A stretch of DNA of 64,000 bases from Tubulanus polymorphus (taxonomy: Eukaryota > Animalia > Nemertea), in assembly GCF_964204645.1 (NCBI RefSeq), contig NC_134025.1:9548001-9612000 (forward strand), read 5' to 3'. Made by a program: the position numbers and the translations under genes. This document shows positions 1-12,000 of the stretch, piece by piece. Within the stretch, counting starts at the first letter, position 1, and each line of letters opens with the position of its first letter. The notes below the pieces were generated by a model. It had not been told where the DNA came from. It ran no database searches and saw nothing but the letters and a program-made list of their open reading frames with translations.

Positions 1-1599
1 ACCGGTTATTGTCGATTTAATCGATATATCTAACTCCTGAATAGAGTTGAAATCATCGCGGGGCCGTTTTTCATCTTTAGTTAAACGCAGGGGCGATTTG
101 ATGCTGGCGTAAAGTCGGTCCCAGAACCACACTCTACAGTCTGGCCGGCAAAAGTCGATTGGTGTTATCGGCTTCAAAACACCTTCCAACGGACAGTCTT
201 CTAAACGAACGGGGAGTATTTTCTTTCCAGTAGCACCTGAAAATATACCATTATTTACCTACGTACGCGAGCTTCATAATTTTCCAATCTGGAAGCATCA
301 AAAAATCGTACCTGGTGATAGGCAATGCGCATACTGAGTTTGAAATTCACACTCCTTACTTTGCATATAGCCGTTCGTAACGATAATCACCAGCCTCCGG
401 CACCTGGATGAAAAGTATATACATGTATTATTAAGTTTTTTCAATATTCAAAAATAAAATCTCCCAGCTAGTTTGTCAATACCTTTTTTCGATGAGTTCA
501 CACGAAACTTTACCGCGGTAACCACCGCCCAGTAAATCTCGAGACGGAATGAATAGTTTCACTTTCGGTTCAAGATGGGTAATCATCGAATGAACAAATC
601 TGGCTGCCAAGTCGGTCGGATCGTCACAAAATAATACAGCCGCATCGTAATACGTTATCCGGTTGTTATGTGCTGTAAACAATGATTATACATGTATTTC
701 AATACTGTCAGAGATCTACAGGCCTAAAATAATTTTGGAAAAAAACTACTGCATTAAGTGTAAGAATCTACTGATATACACGAAGTAAACTTACCGTCCT
801 CGACGGTGTACCGGTGGAAATCTTCAGTGGCGGGATTTTCTGAGGTGCTACTTACTACAAATGAACAATACGCTTAACATCTTTACACATTATATATAAT
901 TTGATTCCCTTCATACGGGAGATTTCGAATAACCCCGGATTTTAAAAAACAAAACAGTTATTACTCGAATATGAGAAACGTATTTCGTAATTAAAAACAC
1001 GGTACAAAAATCACAAGGAAGTTACGTAGTTTCTCACTTTCAGGAACTTGCGGGGGGCAAATTGCATTTCGCCTGGCCTGCTCTCTGCATCGTAGTGCTT
1101 CTACTTGATCACGGTACAAGCGAACGTCATTTTCTGTCAAAACACACAGATGGAGATGAAATGATTTGAAATTGATAAAAAGTAGATAGAGATGATAAAA
1201 CCAATGCGGATTGAAAAGCTTCTGACGCTCACCCAAACATTTCAATTTGTCGAGGTCGTAAAGAACATCTTCTCTTCCTAAGTATTCGAGAATATCTAAT
1301 AAAGACTGGACCGACCGCGTCGAGGGATCATCCGGTTGATGGAAAGTTGTTTTATTCCAATCTTCGAGAATCTCGCCCATCGGATCCGAACTTCGCCTGA
1401 ATCGCTCGATAGAATAATAGTCGAAGCCACGACATTGCGCTACACCTCTGTAGTCTACTAGGCATCCGCACGATATGTTTACCAATGGGTTTTCGACATT
1501 GAGAAAGTTCGACAAAATATTCCTTGTCAAATAGTTAAGAGCACTAACAGGAATATCATGCAAATGATTGCGCGCTTTCTTGGTAAGCGATGCTGCCAT
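1..1599 (-). CDS. MYD88: Myeloid differentiation primary response protein MyD88 (death domain + TIR), 3' end runs off window
   Basis: GT-AG exons 1599-1233, 1133-1026, 854-795, 672-483, 403-312 and 236-<1 splice in frame. N-terminal death domain (DYRGVAQCRGFDYYSIERFRRSSDPMGEILEDW). TIR signature [35 protein letters not shown]...WFWDRL matches MyD88. The ORF continues past the TIR. Confidence 0.93.
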
Positions 1600-2332
1600 T
1601 TTGCATATATATATTCCAACTCAATAAACACAGAATAAGTAGGATGCACTGAACAGAATGAATCGTAAAACACTATTTATATCATCAATCGCTTATCAAT
1701 TCTTATACAAACTTATATCCAGTCCATTTCATAAATCCGCGCTGGACGTATGGTCCGATTAGTGACCAATTCAGGTGACCAAGACGTAGCCAGAACGCTC
1801 CCACAGTACCACTGCCTACAATTTCAAATCTGTAGGCATTGTTATTATAGATCTGAATGTAATGGTCACTGTCAGCCTCACTAACATCCGTTATCTATTC
1901 TCTTCGTTTTGACAAACAATCCATGATCCATCTCAAATTCAATCATTTTCAGTATAGCAGTACAGTACTACCGTACTGCGACTATATGAAGCGATAAAGA
2001 GATATGCTAAAGCGCGCATACGGCAGGGTTTTTCCTAGTGTGCGTCATATCTCTGGAATGGTATTAGTCGTGGCTTTATCGCGGCATGTACAGGTTTTAT
2101 TTGCTTTGACCTAGAATGCAACAGATAGAATGGAGTTTAAATCCAAAGAACAAATGAATCGGTAAAACCACCAATGGAGAGTCTGTTCTGAATTGATATT
2201 GGGACAATTACTCAAAGCGAACTTAACACGCGCATTCATTTCTGGCTATACATACAAAAACGAACAGAATTTTTATTTAATAAAATATCAGAAAAATATA
2301 CAATACAATCTTATACATCGAACAGAATTAAA

Positions 2333-3111
2333 TCAATGGTCTTCTAGTTTTTTCGACTTCAGTGGAGAAACCTTTTCCCTAGGCACAAGCAACTTGACAC
2401 TACCACTCATAACAATCTAAAACGAAAAACCATGTTAGTAGTGTGGCCACATATCTTCAGATACGAAACTCCGCTCGCGAGAGTATTACTTTATTTGATT
2501 CTGGTACAATGCATCTTGCTGAACAAGTGACCGTTCTGTTTTTAATATTCACAACTTCAACGCTAGCAGTTATAGTTTCACCAATAAATACTTAAAGAAA
2601 ATGATATTCAAAGATTAATTGCAATTTGAAGATTAAAACAAAGAATATATGATAGAAATCCAACATACATGGTTGTGAGAATTCAGTTTCTTGAGAAACG
2701 AAGATAGAACCCACTCCTGGTAATTTAGTCCCGAGAAGTGCAGATATCAGGCTAAAATCGAACGATATAGGCTTCATTTTCGATGAGATTTAAAACAATT
2801 ATGGAAACGTAATGGCAAGATTCGTTAATTTCAAATAATGAACAATTACAATATCGTATCACCATTTTCAAACTTACGTACCCATTGATCAACACACCGT
2901 GAACAATACACTTCCCGAATCTTGTTTTTCGTGCAAAATCCTCGTCCAAATGTATTGGATTCGTGTCTTCAGTTATGGAGGCAAACAGTTTGACTTCATC
3001 CCGAGTGAAACATTTGGTCATTTCAGCTTTCTGCCCGGTAAAAATATGTAAATTTCTTCTTGTCACCGAACTATTGTTCAGAGGACAATAATTACGAATA
3101 ATCCTCAACAT
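2333..3111 (-). CDS. HTD2: Mitochondrial hydroxyacyl-thioester dehydratase type 2 (MaoC/hot-dog fold)
   Basis: Exons 3111-2882, 2751-2669, 2590-2490 and 2416-2333. Hydratase motif [47 protein letters not shown]. Arg-rich N-terminus resembles a mitochondrial presequence. Confidence 0.88.
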
Positions 3112-3336
3112 TATCAGCGCTTCAACTGTCAGCCATCATTATCTTGCAATGTCTAATGAAGTGATCGACGACCTTCGGTGGTGAGCTTCGCTGCATTTGA
3201 TGCGATTGAGCAATATTTTTATTCCGATTCCGGGTTTTAAAATAAGTTGTTAGTCCGAGTCCGTGGCTAGAATTTAGGGATTCCCACTATTGGATTTGAT
3301 TGGTTTTGTGATAGTCGTATATAAGATATTCTCAAA
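3112..3336. promoter_or_regulatory. Putative bidirectional promoter HTD2/NAA20
   Basis: Only 225 bp separate two divergent start codons. Promoter function is inferred from geometry. Confidence 0.6.
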
Positions 3337-5618
3337 ATGACCACAATTCGTCCATTCACTTGCGATGACATGTTTCGATTTAATTGCGTGTACGTTATTT
3401 TAATCTCAGGCTACCAATGAATTTATCAATTAATTTCTCGATCAAACCGATGAATAGACATAAACTTCGGTCTTTCAATCAACTCAAATTTAAATATAGT
3501 TTCATGGTCAGTGAGGTAGGCAACAGTGTTGCTGCACTTACTCACGGTCCTAGTCAAGTCCCTAGCCGTCGTTCTACAAACAACTGTATGATACTTTAGC
3601 GTCAGACATTGTAGGGAACCAGTAACAACGACTGGTATTCAGACTAAATTCGATAGGTCTCATGCTATGCTATTTAGTTATGTTACTCAATCTGACTCTT
3701 GACCCTCATCATTCATCATAATTTTTAGATTACAACTATAAAACAATCCTACAATGATAATTCAGGCTTGGATGTAAAATTCTTAAGTGAAAGGATTAAT
3801 ATTTGAGCAACTTTTCGGCTATAGACTAATGGCTATCATAAGTAATAGGCCTATGCCTATATATCTATATTGGAAACATTTATTGCTCAAATAACCTTTG
3901 ACTCAAGAACTTTCCATCTTTGGCTGAATTGTTGTGGGATCTGATTTTTCGTATTCGTCTTACACGGATATTGTGTATCTTCTTGAATTATATCTTGTTG
4001 GAACTGCTGGCCTGTGCCTTGTACCAATAAGAATTGTAATCATTTGCTAAGATATAGTGGCGAATAACAATGATAAGGCTTAGGGTAAGAAGAGGGTAAG
4101 GGTTCATTTGAGGATTAGGATTAGAGTTTGGGTTATTAGAAGTGACCTAAACATTATGCTATAGGCCTAAGCTTATGCTTTGTTTTTTCACTTCCAGAAA
4201 TTTGGATCCATTGACAGAGACTGTATCCTTTTTAACCTCGCAAATTATTTTTTAAGTTTGAGGATGTGTGAATGTATTTGTTGAGGGTGAGAGCTCTTTG
4301 AACTTATAATCAAACTATCAATTTGAAGATAGAATTCGGAATTAAATCTAATGGTATTTTATTCTTGACATTTGATAAGTATGGCTTACCATTTTACCTA
4401 CAATATCTGGCACACTGGCCGGAATATTTTAAGGTAGCTGAATCTCCAAGTGGTCGAATAATGGGTTACAGTAAGTGAGCAATGAATTGTGTTGGATTAT
4501 GCATTGCAAAAACTTGTGAAATGCAAATTTAGACTTAAATGCTATCATCATCCTCTATCATTAGTTATGGGAAAGTCTGAAGGACGTCCGGAGAACTGGC
4601 ATGGACATGTGACGGCTGTAACTGTTGCTCCTGATTATCGAAGATTAGGCTTAGCTGGAAGCCTCATGACGTTGTTAGAAGTTATTTCGGATAAGTAAGC
4701 AAAACCGCTTATGTTTTGGGCCAGTTTGACAGTTGTCGGTTGATACAGTAAACCTTGGTCAAGTCAGATGACTTGAGCAATATCTTAGTTGGACTGTATG
4801 TACTATATAGTACTGATAGAAAAATATTTATAACAAAATCAGAGTTGAACGATCACTTTCGGAGCAGATTCTACTCTCTATATCTTTCACTAACCAGGAG
4901 TATGCTCTATGGTCAAATTCTACTAGATACAAATAATGAATAGTAAAACTGGGTCCAATAGTCATGAAGACATGGTAACCATTTCGCAGGTTCTGAATCA
5001 TATTATTTTCGTCTTCAGAAAACGATGTTTTTTCGTGGATCTATTCGTGAGAGTCTCTAATAAGATAGCCGTCAATATGTATCACAAACTGGGATATACA
5101 GAATATCGTCGAGTGCTGGAGTATTACAGTGGAGAAGTTGATGAAGATGCATACGGTAGGTTTTTATCCGATAAATATTCAAGATGTTTAATCTGCTTTT
5201 GACTTATGTATAAAATAGTGTCCTACGATTGGGTACTTGCATTAGATTACAAATCCAACTTTCATCCCCGAATGAGGTATTCTATTTAATTTCGTATTGC
5301 TTGTTATGAAATATCGGTGAAAGCATTCATATTTCCAGTCCCTTAAATTTCGTTATGACAAATTTTTACTGCACGTGCTTGAAAGTCTGATATCACGTAA
5401 CTCCCTTGTATTTTTCTGAGTAAGAATCATATTGTATTTTTTCTTAACGTACACTTTACAAGCGACGAGAGATTTTTTCGGTTTTCATCCAATTGAGTAG
5501 TTCAAACATTACCCATTCATCTTTGTTTCCAGATATGAGGAAAGCGTTATCGCGAGACGTGGAGAAGAAATCTATGATACCACTTCGGCATCCTGTTCGG
5601 CCTTCTGACCTGGATTGA
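3337..5618 (+). CDS. NAA20: N-alpha-acetyltransferase 20 (NatB catalytic subunit)
   Basis: Six exons starting 3337-3389, 4198-4222 and 4380-4470. Translation MTTIRPFTCDDMFRFNCVNLDPLTETYGLPFYLQYLAHWPEY...WHGHVTAVTVAPDYRRLGLA...FVDLFVRVSNKIAVNMY...EDAYDMRKALSRDVEKKS; stop at 5616-5618. Confidence 0.97.
4223..4379 (+). other. U12-type (minor spliceosome) GT-AG intron, NAA20 intron 2
   Basis: 5' splice site GTATCCTTTT. Branch site TTCTTGAC (4362-4369) lies about 11 nt upstream of the AAG acceptor, with no polypyrimidine tract. Confidence 0.92.
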
Positions 5619-6234
5619 TAGTAATGAAGACACATAAGTCAATCCAGGTTGAATAGAGAATTTCACGTAACATGAATACAGACTGCCAAATATAGACATT
5701 GATGATGTGTTAGGATGTTGTACAAAGGACTCGAGTCGTATCATTCTGTGCTCATTTATTATATGTATGATAATATTAGGAATAGAAATGGACTATTTCA
5801 CATGTTGTATTACATACAGTGTTTTTTGATTCGTGCTGCATGAATGTTTTTCATGGATGCATATTCTTTTGATAACGCATGTCTGAGGGAACCATGACTG
5901 CAACGATTATGTTCACTGCTTCCCAGAGCGACTGGGCAAGGTTCAGATGAGACCAATATCGAAGGATAGTTTGGATAATGAGGAAAAGATTGATCCGCTA
6001 AAAGTAAGTGAAATGTCTTCGCTCATTTGGAAATATGCTGGTGAGAGCCCTTTTATTTCAATAAGGATCATATGAACATTGAGTTATGATCTCGTAGTAT
6101 CCAAATCATAAAAAATACCGCTCTAAAACATGAATGACTAGAATATTTCAATTTCTAGTTTAAAAGAACAGGTTGCTACACCTTAAAGCACCATTTGAAT
6201 CATTCAATTAATGAAAGTTCCCAAGAAATATTCC

Positions 6235-8502
6235 CTAGCCGGTTTTAAAAATTTTTGGCCAAGATGGAACAGATGTTGGAGCGTCTGAAAAAAAAAAGCT
6301 TGCTGTTAATTTCAATTTTACAACATTTGAGATTTATTATCAGTAATTCATGCATATATGCGAGCCAATCCTATTTCCGTACCTAGATATCTCAAAATTT
6401 CATCAGTGATATTTAGAAGAGTAATCGATGAACCAGACATTTCCAATGTTGTCATTATTCTGCCAGTATAAATTCTCAAAATATTTATTCCTTTATCTTC
6501 TGAAAATAAATGTAATACGGTAAACATATAGTCTCGATATACCTACTTGCCAGAGTTTCAAACCGATTGCTAGGGACTACCTTTTCATTAACTTATATGA
6601 ATCAAGTTGAAGTTGTAATCAAAGAAGAATTTCAGATTCTTGTTAAGGTATGAATGATCACTTTAAAACTTACGTAGATAGTTAACTGCTTCTTTTATGA
6701 TAGTGTACTGTTCAATTTGAGTCATCGATCCAAGATTATTGACTAGCATTACAACTCTTTTATCTACAAATCAATCATGAAGAGATTAGTTTTGCCGATC
6801 GAGAGATTAATATAGAAAATTGTCGCTTGAACTGATAGAGATTTACCCTTCGTTACAACAAAATGTGATTGATTATCTAAATTCAGCATATGATCCAGCA
6901 TTACTTGCACAGTCTCCTTGGTGTTAGTTATCTGTAAATACAGTCATATGTAGATTGCGCCTTAAAACATGAGAATGATTAAATTGGCTTTTAGTTCCGT
7001 TGTTACCTTCAGTGGCTTCACTCCGGGCTCACCATGAGCTCCTGTAAAAATGGAATAACAGAATCTATCTGATTGATTTGAAAATATATGTTGATTGATT
7101 CGATATGTCTGCATAATGATTATAGATTTTACCAAGTCCCAATTCTATTTCATCATCCTTGACATTGAACGTTGGTCTTCCACCGGGCAAACAGCATGCA
7201 GTTAAAGCCATACCAATAGTCCCTTGAAATAGAGATAGATTTGTAAGATATCCAGCATAGATTTATGAAATACATCGAAACATGAATAGATAAACTGATT
7301 GATAAATTATTTTTTATCATAAAACATTGCAACTAATGAACAAATTAATCTTGAAATAGTGATCATAGAAACATACCTAGGCGAGTGCATATTGTACTCC
7401 CAACCCTAACCATCTCTTCTAAGGGTTTGCCAGCCTCACTCATTGCACCCATAATCTGTATGTTTATTATTGAAGAAAGTAACAAAACATCGATGAACTA
7501 ATCAAATATACTAAAAGATATATTAAATGAAATATAGTATCATACCTTGAACATAATGATTTGACCGCTGAGACCTCGGCGACCGGCTGTTTTACTGACA
7601 TTCTCCAGTGCACAGTCTTCGCCAACAGTGACACTTTCTACATTGTAACCTTCTATTTTGGCCTGTTCAGCAGCACATCCAAAATTCAAACGGTCGCCAG
7701 TATAATTTGCCACCAGTAATAGAACACCTAGATAGAATACAATTTTGAAGTCATAGGATTTCGTGTATTTTCTTTTTGCGTATTGAAGTACGGTTTAGAC
7801 AACAGAACCTACAAACCTGAACACCACTGGCTGACAGTTCTGATAGCTGTTAGTATACTGTGTGCTCCGGGAGATGAGAATACTGCTCCAGCAACTGCAG
7901 CTGTCAACATTCCAGGTCCAACATATCCTGTAAAATGAAAAATGTATTACAAACCAATTTACAGGACTGATGACATCCATTGCTGAGTACAGTATCAATC
8001 TACTGCCTGGACCCACCCTTCAGACATTTGACACCTTATTCTAGACTTCACATGTACAGAGGACTTCAGAGATCTAAATTGATGCTGAACTAACAAAATG
8101 GACTACTATAAACACCAAACATTTTATCATCTTACTATCAGTGACAAAAGTCTTGAAGGGTGGTTTCAAGCTACAGTGTTTACCTGTACTATGGTATCAT
8201 GCCACATAGGAAAATTAATTTACCAGTTGCACATGGTTCATGTCCAGATCCACCACCAGTGATTACAGCAACTTTTTCCTTAAGCTGATCCACATCAGAA
8301 CGGATGATGATTTGATAACCTTTAACAAGTTGAACACCAGGATTCACAGCAACATAGCCTTCCAAACTATCTGATACACATCTATATGAAATAAGACCAG
8401 AATCTGGTTACGCAAGCATGGGGATGAATTTATTACTGGGAGAACACTCAGCCTTCAAAAGCAGGCCTACCTATTTGGATTATTGATAATCTTTTTCTCC
8501 AT
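6235..8502 (-). CDS. Dihydroxyacetone-binding DhaK (Dak1) domain-only protein, TKFC paralog, 342 aa
   Basis: Eleven GT-AG exons (8502-8471, 8381-8224, 7927-7817, 7727-7546, 7455-7377, 7222-7133, 7041-7007, 6931-6847, 6763-6674, 6499-6383, 6284-6235; 1029 nt) splice in frame with no stops. Motifs [41 protein letters not shown]. Ends [19 protein letters not shown] at the end of the K domain. Confidence 0.9.
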
Positions 8503-9032
8503 GTTATTGCGTGTCATGCATTTGAATCGACTTCAATACAATGCAACACCCACGGGTGATTCAATATTACCCGTAATCAATAGTATTTCACATGAAAAAA
8601 ACTGCGATAACCCAAATGATAAGCGATGACAGCTGAACCAGGTAATGTAAACAAACGTCGCTACGACCTTGAATGAATACTGTTCAGAGAACGATTCGTT
8701 ACAGCGTCGCTTGAACAATTTTTCGAAAAACTACTTCCTGGTTTGTGTCAAATAGACCGAACTGATAACAAACTGGTTTTAATAGATTAATCGGCCTTAA
8801 AAAGAGGTTTGATTGTTATCCAAAAAGTAAAATAGGCTTTTCTTTAATTCTAGTATAGTGATATATCTTTAAGTTGAACTGTCACAGCTGTGATTGAGCA
8901 TATAGCAGTGAAAAAGTCAAAAGGTCGTTTCCTGGTTGTTAATTAAGTTGGGCTATATATCCCTGGATCATTCGATATATAAATTATTTGACTTCATTTG
9001 ACGGACTTGTTTGATAAGTATTACACTCGAAT
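8503..9032. promoter_or_regulatory. Putative shared divergent promoter of the DhaK-only paralog and TKFC
   Basis: 530 bp between divergent ATGs, with two TTCCTGG (ETS-like) motifs near 8736 and 8929. Function inferred. Confidence 0.5.
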
Positions 9033-12000
9033 ATGGCAGAAATTAGCAAGAAAATCATCAATGAAGTGGACAGGTAATTTTAGTACATAGGCTTAGCCTT
9101 TCCCTGTGTTATTGCTTTTTAACTTATCTTGTTATTCAGAAAAACTGGATGAATTGCGGTCTTACTCTCACGAATGTATGGTATTTCATGCATCGTATTT
9201 CTTCATTTCAGTTGTGTTGATGATTGTTTGGAAGGAATAGTAGCTTGTAACCCAGGTTTAAAGCTTCTGGAAGGACATAGAGTAGTAATCCGAGCCGATG
9301 TTGGTGAATTGAGGGCAGCCGGCAAGGTTTGCTTGATCTCCGGTGGAGGTTCAGGACACGAACCTGCTCATGCAGGTAGTAGGAAGATTCACTAGTTTTA
9401 TTAAATAGTATCGAAGCCTACCCATTATTGTCTCCTCATTCAGGCTTTTAATTCAAACTTCATACGTATCCTATGCCTTTATTTAAGGATACGTTGGCAA
9501 AGGCATGCTGACTGCGGCAGTAGCTGGTGCTGTGTTTTCTTCACCCCCACCCGACAGTATTCTAGCTGCTATAAGAGCCGCTGGGAAGGATAATCCAGGT
9601 AAAAACCACCAAAATCACCAGTACTAAAATCAAACATGTTCATTTGGTCCCTTACCATACCTGACCACTACTAATATATAACCCCTAGAATCAAACTGGA
9701 GAGTGGCTTGATCAGATTTAAACACATAACATAGTCTATCTGATGTGGAAAGCAACTCACGATACTCACTTATATATTGTAGGTGGCATCCTTTTGATCG
9801 TAAAGAATTACACTGGTGACAAATTGAACTTTGGCATCGCATCGGAGCGAGCTAAAACCGAAGGAATTCTAGTTGAAATGATTGTTGTCGGGGAGGATTG
9901 TGCACTGACTACCCAGGATAAAACGGCTGGTAGACGAGGACTTTGTGGTACTGTGCTGATTCATAAGGTGCTGTTCTCATAAATGAGTTGATGAACAAAA
10001 ATTGACAACTAATATACTATAGATTCAACACTATGTACATTGAAATCTTTTGCATATAGATAGCGGGTGCAATGGCTGAAGCAAACAAATCATTGATGGA
10101 AATTCTTCGAGTGACTAGATTTGCAGTAGCCAATATGGGTATGGGCTAGTTCTATTCACCCCAACCATGGATTCTAAAAGCACTTCGTTTTAGAGTCCAT
10201 GCCCTAGCTAAATAATTGGCATGAATGCATATTCATCATTTGTCATGTGTTTCAACTGGAAATTAAATTGTTTTTGAAGGTACAATCGGTTTGAGTTTGT
10301 CGCCCTGTAGCTTACCTGGATTTGGACCAACTTTCAATTTAGCAGCAGATGAAATGGAACTCGGATTAGGTGAGTTAATATATTGCCAAACTGCATCAAG
10401 ATTTTTAGCAATTATTCACTAGAAAATGCATGTATATCGTTCTGATCATTAACATGCTACAGGAATCCATGGAGAGGCCGGAGTTAGGAGAATGAAATTG
10501 ACATCTGCTAAGGAGATTGTTAGAATAATGTTCGATCACATGACAGACGTAAATACTGGAACCCATTTAGAGTTAAAAACAGGTCAGTTGTTTTGTCTGT
10601 TTGTTTAGTTCCTAAACCAGTTCCATAGCCATAATGAGATACAAGAGAAATGAGGCATTTTGAAAATTGACTCATGGATTATACATGTATACTAAGGCTG
10701 GGTCCTCAAGTTAACTAATTTCAGTAAAACTCGATTGTGTTGTAGAGTAAAAATCCATCCACAATGAAGAACTGGGTCATAAAAACTTGACTAGATTTAT
10801 TGTTTATGTATTTATTGTAGGTGATCAGGTTTGTTTGGTGGTAAATAATCTTGGTGGAACATCGATGCTTGAATTGAACATCGTAGCTAAAGAGGCTGTG
10901 AATTATCTAGGTATCGGTTGCTGAGATACATGTGTAATTTCAGGTGTAAGCTATGAATGATAAATGTACAAAGTTGATCTTCTTTTTGGCTGTATAGAAA
11001 ACCTTGGGGTTCAAGTGGATCGCATGTACTGCGGAGTATTCATGACATCACTGGACATGTCTGGAGTGTCCTTAACCTTACTTCATTTAGATTCATTACT
11101 GAAGAAATACTTAGGTAGGATTGTTGTCCTCAGTATCAGAGAAATCAGTTACCATTACTATGTTACATTTGCATCACTTTTTCTGCTGCGTTATTGTTTA
11201 GATGCTACGTCGAGTGCATTTGCTTGGATGAAGCCAATGCTCGGAAATGATATGATGGAAAGGATCACTCCAGATAAACTTCCTGCTATAGAATACAACA
11301 TTAACCAGTTAGAAGATATGGAAGGGGACACTATTGATCCAGGTTTGTCAAGTTTGCCATTATTGAACCCATGGGGGTTTTTATGTCTAGATTGTGATAT
11401 ATGAAATTTTTACATATTCGTGTAGAGCTAGCGAAGATTATTTATGAAGCACTTCATCGAATGTGTACTGATCTGATTGATGCTGAAAGTCGACTGAATT
11501 ATCTAGACACTGAAGCAGGCGATGGAGACTGCGGGACTACTCATAAACGAGGAGCTGAATGTATGAGTACATTTTCTTGAATTATCTATTTTTCTTTTAA
11601 TTTTGAAAATTCATTACTATCATTATGAATTGTTTTTGTAGCGATACTTGAACAGCTGGGTCCTGCTGAATCACCAGGATTACCTGTCTCTTGCCCGCAT
11701 GATCTAATTTTGAAACTAGCAAAAATAGTTGAACAGTCTATGGGCGGATCATCCGGTGCTGTAAGTGATGGTACATATGCAGCAGTATATCGGGTTGTTA
11801 TTAAGATGTACATGCATGATAAATTAGTTTTAAGAATTTGCCATTTCCACTGGGTGTTCATTATATGTATATCCAATAATGCCTGTGGTATGTATGTAAT
11901 GAATAAATCCTATTTTTTCCGATTTTAGCTTTACAGTCTCTTTCTTTCTGCTAGTGCTCCTGCTCTACGTATGAATGATTGGCTAACAGCCTTTCAACAA

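Noticed and set aside
4075-4140. Degenerate TTAGGG-like tract (similar tracts near 33500-33770 and 34250-34320)
   Set aside because: Too short and degenerate to call interstitial telomere. Likely low-complexity TE remnants.
6235-8502. DhaK-only gene as a pseudogene
   Set aside because: All 11 exons are in frame with canonical splice sites and conserved catalytic motifs despite clear divergence from TKFC.
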